From Thraustochytrium aureum (Eukaryota): a stretch of DNA of 50,124 nt. The notes below the pieces were generated by a model. It searched no databases, was not told where the DNA came from, and saw only the letters and a list, made by a program, of their open reading frames with translations. Location: the NCBI GenBank assembly GCA_012862495.1, contig BLSG01000402.1:404861-454984 (forward strand). The letters run 5' to 3'. Below, one piece after another: positions 34,502-44,850 of this stretch; the stretch's first letter is position 1; every line of letters begins with the position of its first letter. The position numbers and the translations under genes were made by a program.

Positions 34502-35392
34502 GCCGAGGCAAAGCTCGTGAAGGGCACTGTGCTGCTTGCTTCCGACAGTGCGTCGCTGGCTAGCAGCGTCTCAGATGCGCTCGGGAGATCCTCTTGGTTT
34601 CGCGGTCGGGCCGTGTCGATGCCGGCAGATCGCCTGTTTTACGCGGACTTTGGCGCGGGCCGCCCAAGGAGGGCAAAGCCGTACGAAAACGATCCGGCCA
34701 CGCGCCATGTTCTCCGAGAGCGCCCGTTGGCGCTCGAGGGTTTGCTGGACCTGGCCCTGCTTGCAGAAGGTGAGATCCAAGTTGGATCCTTCTACAGCAA
34801 CTTTGTGCGAATTGCGCACGCTCTAAGCGGACGCAACTGGGTGGGCCGCTATGCGACTTTCGACGCGCGCTGGTGCCCGTTTGAAATTTGTTCCATGGGC
34901 TGGGTCACGGCCAACCGGTGCAAAAAGTGGGCCAAGCACTTGTGTCAGTGGCGCCCGCGGCCGTATTGCGACCCAAAGCGCAACCCGCGGTGCGGCATGT
35001 TTGCAGGCTCGATGTGCTCTGACAGGTGCTGGTACTTTGCCTTCATCCAAAGCTCTTTTGCCCTGGAGGCGATCCCGCGCGTCGCCATTGAAAACCTGTC
35101 GCCTGCCTATGGTGCTTTTGTGGAGGCAACAGCGCGATCCGGCTCGCTGTGTTGTTCAGAGGAATGCGCTCGACGTTCCGACGCCAAGGGGCTTGCGAGC
35201 CAGAGCTGCAAAGCTGTAAAGTCATGGATGTCTCACGCAGCGGCGCTCCTCAACCCGATCGAGGCGGATAGGGCTTACAAAGCAGAGGACGGCTGCTCTG
35301 ACACGTGTGTTGCAGCGTCGAGCGAATGGACAGCTCGCTCGTCGCAGGTGGGGCTGATCCTCCCGAATCTGGTTCGCCAAGGGCCTAGCTAG
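34502..35392 (+). CDS. C-terminal part of a FUT8/GT23-like fucosyltransferase-family protein with a Cys-rich tail (5' end in the gap)
   Basis: VLLASDS, LLDLALLAEGEIQVGSFYSNFVRIAHAL (compare FUT8 [21 protein letters not shown]), and TFDARWC, which matches the neighbour's SLDAPWC. Confidence 0.65.
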   Translation, partial: AEAKLVKGTVLLASDSASLASSVSDALGRSSWFRGRAVSMPADRLFYADFGAGRPRRAKPYENDPATRHVLRERPLALEGLLDLALLAEGEIQVGSFYSNFVRIAHALSGRNWVGRYATFDARWCPFEICSMGWVTANRCKKWAKHLCQWRPRPYCDPKRNPRCGMFAGSMCSDRCWYFAFIQSSFALEAIPRVAIENLSPAYGAFVEATARSGSLCCSEECARRSDAKGLASQSCKAVKSWMSHAAALLNPIEADRAYKAEDGCSDTCVAASSEWTARSSQVGLILPNLVRQGPS

Positions 35393-35651
35393 AGGACGTA
35401 GTTTCCTGTGGACCCAGCGCAGTTGCGCTTCATGCCCTCGATTCTTTTTTATAAATGCAGAGCCGCCCCGCCCTCCACTCCTCGACATGCTATGGTTTGA
35501 GAGAAACGCGCTTGGTTCAGATCCAGGCGGCTCAAGAGGCGCCAACCTCTAGACCACAGACGAGAACCATTTTCGTTTTCGATCCATGAATCCATGAATC
35601 CAGCCAGCAGCCGCTGCCCCGCTGCGCTTCGCTTCGCGGCTCGGCGCTCGC

Positions 35652-38338
35652 TTAGCAGTAAAACGGCGCCCCGTCAAGACCTCGGCCAGACTTTACCATA
35701 AAGTCAAAGCACCAAGGCGCGTCAAGTGACACAGTTGGCTTCAGGCAGGTTCCTGCGGCGTTTCCTTCCGCCGCGGCCAGCGCGGCAACGATCCTGTCCA
35801 TGTTTGATGTAAACTTGCCAACTAGCCCGTCGGTGTACAGCGCGAGCAGGAACACGTCGACCAGGAAGTCGGCAAACTCGTCAAACTTGGAGAAGCCAGC
35901 GCGGCTGAGCCTCTTGTCGCCAAAGAGGACCCCCTCGATGGTGAGCTCGTCGGCGGCGCTGGCCTTGTCAAAGACCCTGTACTTTTCTCTGTTGATCTGC
36001 TCGTTGACGAGCCAGCGGTACTGGGGGTAGTCGTGCGCAGCTGCGGCGGCCACGTCTGGCGAGTCCGTTGCGAGGTAGATGGACCGATACCCAAACATCT
36101 CGACCTGCTGAGCCACGGCTGGCATGTAATAGTCAAGTCCGTCGCAGCGGCGCCCCTTTTCATCGATGCGCGGGTCAGAGCACGCATCCCCGAGGCGGAC
36201 GTGAACCCCGAGCACGGGCCATGCATCCACTTGCAACAGGCCGACGCGCTCTGCCGCGGCCGCGACGCGGTCTCGCACCGTCGGGGAGGGGCGCAGCACG
36301 AAGCGCAGCACCTGGGCAACGTTCCAGAACACGCCGCGGGACTCAAAGCCCCTAACTAAACGCTCAAGGCGGTCTGGGCCCGTGAATCGACCCATTTCGT
36401 CGTCCTGCGTAACATGGTGCCACACTACTCTGCCGCTCGGGGACGTCTCCCGCGCCGCAGCCGACTTTGCACAGCCCGGGATCGCTTGGTCTTTGCTGGC
36501 ATACCCCTGAAGGAAACACGACAAGCGACCTCTATCAGCACCGCGGCACTTTCCGGACTCTGCCCAGCGACAGCGCGGGTTTAGAACGGCTTGACCAGTG
36601 TTTACCGCGTGCACCAAAGGCTTCACCATAAAGTTCACCACGCAGCCGCCCCCGCACTCGGGAGGCTCGATCCACAACGCGCTCGGTTTTCCTTCGCAAG
36701 ATGTGGTGGATTGCAAGAGGCGCTGGATGCGCCGAGCGTCGCGGTCGTCCCCGGCCGACACCACGGTTTGGCCTGGAACGTAGGCTGCGCGGTCAAGGAG
36801 GCCCTGGACTTTGTTGTCCCGAGCGGTCGCGTTCAACTTCATGAGGTCGGCGCAGAAGGCGGGCGGCCGCCGTCGCTCAAGCCGTTCGACACTCGCACTT
36901 GCGGGTTCGGGAAGCGTGGCGACTTCAGCCTCCTGCTTTTCTGGTTGAGCCACGGCGCGGAGAGAGCTGCTGAGGCCATCCGGGCGCTGCCGGCCGTGAA
37001 AGTTAATCTCTACGTCTGCACGATAGTTGGCGCGGTCGCAATAGAGCGCGTCGAACTCCAAAAGCTCGGCAGAGCGAGAGCTGGGTTTGTGGCGTACTGA
37101 GATGGCGCGCGGGTTGCGGGCGAGGTACTTTCGCACAACGTCGTCCAAGCCCGGGCCACGATCGTTCGAGCCGCGAAGCACGACGCCCCACTCGCAGTTG
37201 GCGCCGCTCACGTGCTGGTAGGACCAGTCCGTGAACTTGTGCACCTTTTCTCGTGGCATATAGAGTTGCACGCTGAGCGCCTGCACGACCAAGTCGTTCT
37301 CCCGAAACGTGTAGATGCCGCCCGTCCAGTCCACGAAGCGAAAGAGGCGGCGCACGGGCTCTTGCAGCCAGAAAGACACCTTGGTGATGAAGAAGTTGTT
37401 GTAGTAGCCATAGTTGGTGTACCGTCCCCGCTCGTCCAAGCAGCACTCTGGGAAGAACCCTGGCGCAGAGCGCACCGCAGGGTCAAGGCGAAGAAGCGCC
37501 GCGATGTACTCGTCTCGAAATTGTTGGTCGCAGCAGGGCTCCAAGGCGTCAGCGCGAAACCCGTACTCCAGGCCGCGCTCTGCCATCATATCGAAGAGAT
37601 CGTACTCGATCTGGGAGAGAAGGAACGAGTCCTCGTCCATGCGCATCACGTACTCGAAGCCCAGCTCATGCGCGACTTCGAACAGGAGGTGCGCGTACCA
37701 GCGGCACATGTGCCTGTACCCCACAGAGAACCCATCATCAGCCCAAGACTTTGCTGTGCGCTCGTCCAGGAAGCCGGGTGTGCGCCAGAGGCTGGAGCCT
37801 GGCGGCAAGCGGACCAGGAACAGCCCGTGGCGCTGACCGCCCTTCCGAAGCTGGACCTCGTCGTGGTCGTCAAACTCGCCGGCGTGAAAGATGAGCACGT
37901 GGGCGCGAAACCTGTCATTATAGTTTGCGTAGAGCAGGTCCAGAGAGCGCTCGAGCAGCGCGAGGCTGTTCCGCCCGTACGACGTGTGCCTCTTTTGTGC
38001 AAGGTACACGATTGCGCCGCGTGACTTTGAGGCGTGCTGCGACAGCCTCGCTCTCGTCGCTGCAACATCCAGCTCAGCGCGCCCCGCCAGCTCTCCAGCG
38101 GCGCAAACCGGCTCTTGCGCTTCCTCCTGATAAACGCGACGCACGGCCCTTCGAACCGCGGCTTGCCTGTCCTGGACGTCCACCTCCAGCTCGTCTTTGC
38201 GGCAAGCCGGCGCCCCTCGTCTGCCCACGCTCGCGCCGTGATGCCCGTTCACGGGCGCAGGCGCCTGGAGCCGAACGAGCCCAGGGCCGACCGCGGCGAG
38301 CCCGACGAGGACAAGAATGCCGACCACAACGCCTGGAC
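35652..38338 (-). CDS. Type II membrane bifunctional glycosyltransferase: GT15 (Kre2/Mnt1-like mannosyltransferase) fused to a GT23 (FUT8-like fucosyltransferase) domain; start in the gap
   Basis: The anchor is VVVGILVLVGLAAV. GT15 motifs: GYRHMCRWY, YVMRMDEDS, YYNNFFITKVSFW, GGIYTFREND. FUT8-like motifs: CGGGC, GVHVRLGD, IYLATDSP, DVFLLA...LVGKFTSNMDR. The ORF is uninterrupted. Confidence 0.85.
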
Positions 38339-39224
38339 NNNNNNNNNNNNNNNNNNNNNNNNNNNNNNNNNNNNNNNNNNNNNNNNNNNNNNNNNNNNNN
38401 NNNNNNNNNNNNNNNNNNNNNNNNNNNNNNNNNNNNNNNNNNNNNNNNNNNNNNNNNNNNNNNNNNNNNNNNNNNNNNNNNNNNNNNNNNNNNNNNNNNN
38501 NNNNNNNNNNNNNNNNNNNNNNNNNNNNNNNNNNNNNNNNNNNNNNNNNNNNNNNNNNNNNNNNNNNNNNNNNNNNNNNNNNNNNNNNNNNNNNNNNNNN
38601 NNNNNNNNNNNNNNNNNNNNNNNNNNNNNNNNNNNNNNNNNNNNNNNNNNNNNNNNNNNNNNNNNNNNNNNNNNNNNNNNNNNNNNNNNNNNNNNNNNNN
38701 NNNNNNNNNNNNNNNNNNNNNNNNNNNNNNNNNNNNNNNNNNNNNNNNNNNNNNNNNNNNNNNNNNNNNNNNNNNNNNNNNNNNNNNNNNNNNNNNNNNN
38801 NNNNNNNNNNNNNNNNNNNNNNNNNNNNNNNNNNNNNNNNNNTGCCACAGTAGGGGGCATGGGGGATATTTGGCGACTCTCTCGTTCTATCGCGCCTTTT
38901 ATTATGTTTCCCCGTGGTGAATATACGCACCCGAACGCTTGTTTTCCTCCTCAGTGCACACGGAAAAGCCGTAATATGAAATTTATTTTGCCGCCTCACA
39001 GTCCTGTCAAAGTGGAGGAAAAGCAAGCGTGTTTGGGGGTCGCTTTAGGAGAGTGTGTCCATTTTGAACTGTTCTAGAGTTGGATTTGGATCTACGGCGA
39101 TGAGAGGGCAGCGGCGACTTCTGAACGAATTCTGGTGTTCACCCCTTGTCCAAAGTTTCTCCGTATCACATGCTCAATGAGAGGCATCTCGGGCCACCAC
39201 CTCACAGCGACCAGATAAGCGCGT

Positions 39225-39236
39225 GTAATTAATTAC
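39225..39236. promoter_or_regulatory. 12-bp AT-rich palindrome in a divergent intergenic region
   Basis: gtaattaattac is self-complementary; the function is inferred only. Confidence 0.25.
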
Positions 39237-39497
39237 CCCGAGCTGCCCGTTTGTTTATCCGGTTGTGCCGAGAGGCGCCGGTGATGCACTCAAGTCCAGG
39301 ACGCCGTTGAAGGAGGCGCCGCCTGCGGTGGCAGCAGAGCCGCAACGCTGGTGGTCTGTCGCGTGGTTGGGCGGCGTGCGGCGCTCACGCAGGGCCTGGC
39401 CTCGAGGCTGCGCAGATTGGCTGGCTGGCTGGCTGGGTCGTGGCGCGGTCGCGATTGGGCTGCGCGCGGTTGTCACAAGGCGCAACGGACTTGGCGG

Positions 39498-41207
39498 ATG
39501 ATGGAGCGCGAAGGGGACGCCGGCGCCGCCGAGGCCGCGGAGGAAGACCAACTCCCCATCCCGCTTAGCTTGCAGGAGCCGGCAGAGGCGCTGGTGGAGT
39601 TTTTAGGGGCCACGCGCTGGGTGGTGCTGGCGTTGTGCTGCCTCGCGTCGTTTACGAACAACTATATCATTGACTCGCCGGAGGCGCTGTACGAGGAGTT
39701 GCGGCTGTGGTTTTCCACGGACACGGAAGATGCGCCGATCAACTTTGACGTGTTCTACCTCTTGTTCTTCGTCGTCTTTGCAACCCCCAACGTCATAGTC
39801 CCGCCTTTTGGCGGCATCCTCGCGGACAAGCTCGGCTCCGGGCTGGTCGTGCTGGTCTGCCTCGGGATCATGGCCATTGGCCAAGGGCTCGTGTCGGTGG
39901 GCGTGTGGAAGCTTTTGCACGGGGTCGTCCTCCTGGGCCGCTTCGTGTGCGGCATCGGCTCGGAGGTGGTCCTCACGGGCGTGTCGTCCATCTTGACAGA
40001 GTGGTTTGCTCTGGGCCACCAGAGCCTGGCCATGGGAATCATGATCACCTTTTTACGACTCGGCCAAGTGGTCACCACCTTGGTGGGGACCACGATAGCC
40101 CTGGAGGGCACGGTGGCGCTGGCGCTCGGCGTCGGCTCCATGCTTGGGGCCGTCGCGTTTTTCATCTCTGGCGTGGGCCTGTACCACATGCAAAGGCGCC
40201 GCTTCGCGGTCCTCAAGGCCGCGACAAGCGAATCCCGCTCTCCTGTTCACCACGACAGCAGCAAGTCGGCCAAGGATATGGGCCAGAGTTCGTTCTGCTC
40301 CATGCAGAAGGTCGCCGCGTTCCCGCGATCCTTCTGGGTGCTGTGCGTGCAGATTTTTTTTGGCAACCCGAGTTTTCTTGTTTTCGCCAACATTTGCTCT
40401 GCGCTGTACCTGGAGGAGGAGTGCGGCGGCTCTCAATGCTGCAGCTCACTGAGGATTAACTGCGACCGGCAGGAAACGGCAGAGCGAGGCGGTATGCTCT
40501 TTCTCGTCGCCGTGGTCATCATCTTCTCCGCCACGTCTCCAATAATCGGCCTTGTCGTCGACCGATTCGGCGCACGAGGCGTGATTTGCTCGCTGGGCGC
40601 AGCGGGGATGGTCGTGTCCCACGCTCTGATTGTCTTTACCACAACGAGCCTGTACGTGCCGGGCTGCTTGCTTGGCGTTTCGTACGCAGCCTTTTTCGGG
40701 GGCACCTGGAACAGCGTCCCTGTCATGGTGGACGAGAACCACGTCGGCCTGGGATTCGGCTTGCTCCTCGTATTTGAAAATGCTGGCGGCATCGTGTTTC
40801 CGCTCGCTGTGGCCGGCGCTCGGGACGCGAGCTCGAGCTACCGCAGCGCAGATGCGGTGCTTTTGGGCACCGCGATCACCACATTCGTCTGTACCGTGCT
40901 GCTCAACAGCCTCGATGCCGCCTTTGAGAGTGGGGCGCTCAATAGGTTTGCCAACGACCGGCCGTCTACGTTTCCCTCCACTCAGGTGCACTCGCGTCGC
41001 GTCGAGCAGGGCGACCTCGACCCGCTTGACCCCTCGCAGTACTTTGCGTCGACCTCGCCTTCGACGAGGCGCCCAGGCGGCGACGACGAAGCGCCCATCT
41101 CTGGCATCTCAAACGGCTACACCGCTGACGACGACGACATCTTCGACTCGCGCGACCAGTACGGCGAGTCAGGAAACCCCAAGAGTGCGTCGCTAAGGCT
41201 TGCTTGA
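39498..41207 (+). CDS. Major facilitator superfamily transporter, MFSD1-like
   Basis: About 12 TM helices with YIIDSPEAL, PNVIVPPFGGILADKLG, GRFVCGIGSE, and SPIIGLVVDRFGARG. Confidence 0.88.
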   Translation: MMEREGDAGAAEAAEEDQLPIPLSLQEPAEALVEFLGATRWVVLALCCLASFTNNYIIDSPEALYEELRLWFSTDTEDAPINFDVFYLLFFVVFATPNVIVPPFGGILADKLGSGLVVLVCLGIMAIGQGLVSVGVWKLLHGVVLLGRFVCGIGSEVVLTGVSSILTEWFALGHQSLAMGIMITFLRLGQVVTTLVGTTIALEGTVALALGVGSMLGAVAFFISGVGLYHMQRRRFAVLKAATSESRSPVHHDSSKSAKDMGQSSFCSMQKVAAFPRSFWVLCVQIFFGNPSFLVFANICSALYLEEECGGSQCCSSLRINCDRQETAERGGMLFLVAVVIIFSATSPIIGLVVDRFGARGVICSLGAAGMVVSHALIVFTTTSLYVPGCLLGVSYAAFFGGTWNSVPVMVDENHVGLGFGLLLVFENAGGIVFPLAVAGARDASSSYRSADAVLLGTAITTFVCTVLLNSLDAAFESGALNRFANDRPSTFPSTQVHSRRVEQGDLDPLDPSQYFASTSPSTRRPGGDDEAPISGISNGYTADDDDIFDSRDQYGESGNPKSASLRLA

Positions 41208-42137
41208 CCGGCTTCACCGAGCCGTAAAGGGGACGAAGGGAGGGGACGAAGGGCAGGGCCAGCAAGAGCGGCGGGTTGCCTTCGCCTTCGCCTTTGGGGT
41301 TGAAGGTTGCGCCAAGCTCGTTGAGCACTTCGGTCGGCGGGGCCGCGATAAGTAGGCGCGGCACGTCTCTTTGAACGCGACGGCTCTTCCCTGAGGCGCT
41401 GCTCTTTAGAAGGATAGTGAAGTCCTGCAGGGCGTCAGAGGGGCGCGAACGGATGGGCGCGAACGGATGCCTTTTGACGCGGTGGCCGCCGTCGTGCTCT
41501 CGCCTGGGGGCGCGTGTCGCTCTAGGGGGTGCCTGGGTTTTCCGTTCTGCGGTGGAATTTTTTTGACGGCCGCGCAGGGCGCAAGCGAGCATTCATGGTG
41601 ACGAGCAAACGCGCCAAAACGCAGTCGGCACCGCAACGCCGCCTGGCTTGCCCAGCCTGGCTTGCCCAGATACTTTGCGGAGAAGTGCGTGCTCGCCATG
41701 CAAAATCTGTTGCGACGAGCTCATGCCCGGTGTGCGGCCCATAGCTGAGTGGTGTATAGTAGCAAATTGATCTCCGCGCACAGAAAAGCGCGAACGCGTG
41801 CGCAAGGTTGTGGGTCGATACAAACTGCGCTGCAGGATCCGCGCCGACAACATCGAGGCCTGGAACAACGACCTAGCTAGTGGCGCCCTGGCGAAACCCA
41901 ACCAGCCGTGCTCGTACTCGGGCACAGTTGTCAACCATTCGTTCTGCGTTTTTTCTTTGCATGCTGAAACTTGTTGCAAGCCGGGACTTTGCTCCAGCAA
42001 CTGTACTACTCTACTAGCTCTAGCTCTACTTTCTCTACTAACTCGAAAGCAGGGCCGGCGCCGATTGCGCCCGCATGCGACAGCTCAGCGCGTGCGGACG
42101 CCGTTCGAACGAGCTAAGTAGCCAAGAGTGCGCGCAT

Positions 42138-44850
42138 TCAGGTATCGCCACGGTGTCCTTGCTCGCCGCTGCGATCACGAAGCTCGATCCCAACGCCGCC
42201 ACCGTTCCGGCGCGTCCTGGAGCGTCTTGGCCTCGTCCTGCGGCGCGATTGGCCCCCGTTGCTCATGAGGTCGTTGGACTCGCTGTCCACGCTCCCTTCG
42301 CTTGATTCGTACTCGCCGGCCCTCTCAGCCCCTTGTGCGACGAGTCGAAAGTCGTTCTCGCTGCCACCACTTGTGGTAGGCGCCTTGCGTGCGGACAAGC
42401 GCGGCTCTCCAGCTTCTGGCCGCGTTGCGACGATCAGCTCTTGCACGGCATCAGAGATTTTGAGGCTGTGGCCAAGCGGGATGCCGAGCCCCTTCACCGT
42501 GTCGGTAGAGATTCGGCCGAGCGAAGCCCCGTCGATGCGCTCCCTGAAAAAAAGGTCTGCGTACCGCTTCATGTCGGCTCTGGTGGTATCGGCTATGTAC
42601 AGCGCCTCAATCCAGTGCGCAACGCGTCCCGCTGACCTGTTCCGCGTCGTGCGGCGGTCCTCGTCCCCAATGTCAGCCACCGCGCTCGGGCAGCAAGGCG
42701 CACAGCACGCGCATGCTGGAACAAGAGCAAGGCATTCAGCAGAGAAAGCAGAAAACTCACCACTCGCGCACTGCAGGCGCAGGCTCGGGGTCCAGACTCT
42801 GATACATGACCTTGTCGAGGACGGAACCTGGGCTGCGAAAGCAGGCCGCCAAGCGCGCAACGCCCGGGCGCCCCACCGCAAACCTGTCTGCCACTACGCT
42901 GCTCAAGACAACCAGGAAAAACGACCCAGCCCATGAGCCGAGGTCGCGGCCGCCGCCCAGCGGAAACACAAGAAACAGAAGCGGACTGCAAAGCCCGCAC
43001 ACTCGCAAAAGAGCGTTGACTCGCTCGGCATGGATCCCATACCTGCGGTGGCTCGCCAAAGCCGCAACGAGGACCGCAGACAAGGTGGCCATGAGGATTA
43101 ACGTGTACACGACGAGCATGACCAAGTCTGCGACAGTGACCGCCGAGCGTTCGGGAATGCGGCTCCGGATTGACGAGTGTTGCACGACCGCCGCAAGCAT
43201 CGCCGTCGTGCAGGTGGAGATCTTGGTACGAAACTCGGATGTGGGCAGCACGTACGACACAAGAGCAGAGGACGCGACAAACATGGCGGGGGCGATCTCG
43301 AGCGCACCGACGATGACTGGTCGATGCAGGGTGATGACCCACTCGAGCCGCGAAGAAGTCCGAGTCGGCTGGCGCGCGACATGGTGGTCGTGCGGGTACC
43401 TGTACGGCGGGACAAACCTGCCTTCCAGCGGGGGCCACCGGTTGTTCTCACTCACGGTGAATCCAGCGGTATACGTGGAGCGCGCCCCCTGCGCCCTGGC
43501 GCTTTCAACGCTCAGCGAGGACAGGTTGTAAGCAAAGCCGGAGAAGGTGTCAAGGGAGCAGATTAGCGCCGTCGGCTCCCTCGTGACCGACTCGCCGGCG
43601 ATCTCAATCTTGACCGGGAGCTCCTGCGCCTGAAAAGGGTAGTTTTCTGTTCCGGGGCTGAAACGCCAAGACGCGCGCACGCGAAAGTGGTCGAACACGT
43701 CGGGCGCCTCCCGCCCAAACACGAGCTCGGGCGTTGGCTTGCTGACCGTGTTGATAAAGTTGAGTTTGGAGAGGAGGTGGGCCGGCGAAGCGCCGCGAAT
43801 GAACTGAAACTTTTCGCCATGCAAGGCGTCCTTGCAGGTCCTGTTGCCATGCATGGCTTCTCTGAGGGCCGTTTCCGTGTCCGCAAAGTCGATGTAGTAC
43901 TCCAAAAGGAAGATCTGCAGATCGGTGCTGAACACGCCTTTGCGGATGTCGACGTCGGCGACGTCGAGCACGAATACACCGAGCCCGAGCACACCGACCG
44001 AGCGGACGTCCACCTCGGTGCTGGCGCCGGGGTCCTTTGGGCGCGATTCTGTTGTGAACGCCCACTCTCTGCTTGGCAGCAGTGGGCTCAGGCCCCGCCA
44101 CGCGCTAGGGGACAGCGCTAGCCGGTACGTCGCGTCGTACGAGAGGTCGAGGTCTTTCGGGAGCTGCGTGCGGACAAGGAGGCTGCCGTGGTCAAGGATC
44201 ACCTCTGTGTTGGCGCTCGACAGCTTTACAGACGTCGAGAGCTTGCCGCCGCCGCCGTTGCGAGCCTTTGCGGCTTTGAGAGTCAGGCTAATGCCGTCTG
44301 GGCCGATCTCGGCGCCCAGCGAGCCTTGCGTCGCGTTCGGAGCGCCGCTGTCGCTTGCAAGCGCCAGTGCGACTGCGTAGCGCAGCAGAAACGGCGCTTT
44401 CGACGCAACAACGGGCAGCCCCTTTTTCGCCGTCACATTCGCAAACGTGAAAACCACCTCGGCGAGCTCGCTGCGCACCCCGCGCTGGCCCGGCTGCGGA
44501 TCGACCTGCGCAAGGGTGTACCTCTCTGTTTCCCACGATATCCCCAACAGCTTGTCACGCGTCAACTTGGCAGCGGTTTCGGCGTGCGACGCCGCCACTT
44601 CTCCGTCTCCGGGCTCGTCCGCGGCCGCCGATCGCGAGACCAAATCGCGACGTCCATGCTCCTCCTTGCCAGAAATGCCGCCGCCCGACACGCCTGAGCC
44701 GGCCTCGTCGTGCAGGCCAAGGTGGAGGCTGCTGCTCCCCAACCCATCGTAAACCGGACCCGCCGCGATGCCATCAGCCGCCGCCACGCAAGCAACAAGC
44801 ACGGCCTCGCCCAGCAGTGCGGCGAGCGCAGCCAGCACCCTCGGTGTCAT
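42138..44850 (-). CDS. Cys-less pentameric ligand-gated ion channel with an N-terminal Ig-like (Big_5-like) domain, a probable extra TM helix and a C-terminal SAM domain; exons 44850-42761 and 42636-42138 (start could be 44964)
   Basis: Signal-like N-terminus. pLGIC motifs: DVDIRKGVFSTDLQI, YPFQAQELPVKIE (Pro-loop), ITLHRP, M1 with Pro, M2 KISTCTTAMLAAVVQH, IPERSAVTVAD, M3 and M4. The spliced SAM reads VREWSAGRVAHWI...YADLFFRERIDGASL...VKGLGIPLGHSLKI. Confidence 0.88.
42637..42760 (-). other. Spliceosomal GT-AG intron (124 nt) in the pLGIC-SAM gene
   Basis: Donor GTGAGT at 42760, branch-like GCTGAC at 42677-42672, acceptor CAG ending at 42637. Splicing removes a stop codon and rebuilds the SAM W-S-x-x-x-V-x-x-W motif. 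Confidence 0.88.

Noticed and set aside
41798..42121. 107-aa ORF between the MFS and pLGIC genes
   Set aside because: GTG start, no recognisable motif, and it runs into a low-complexity ctact tract.
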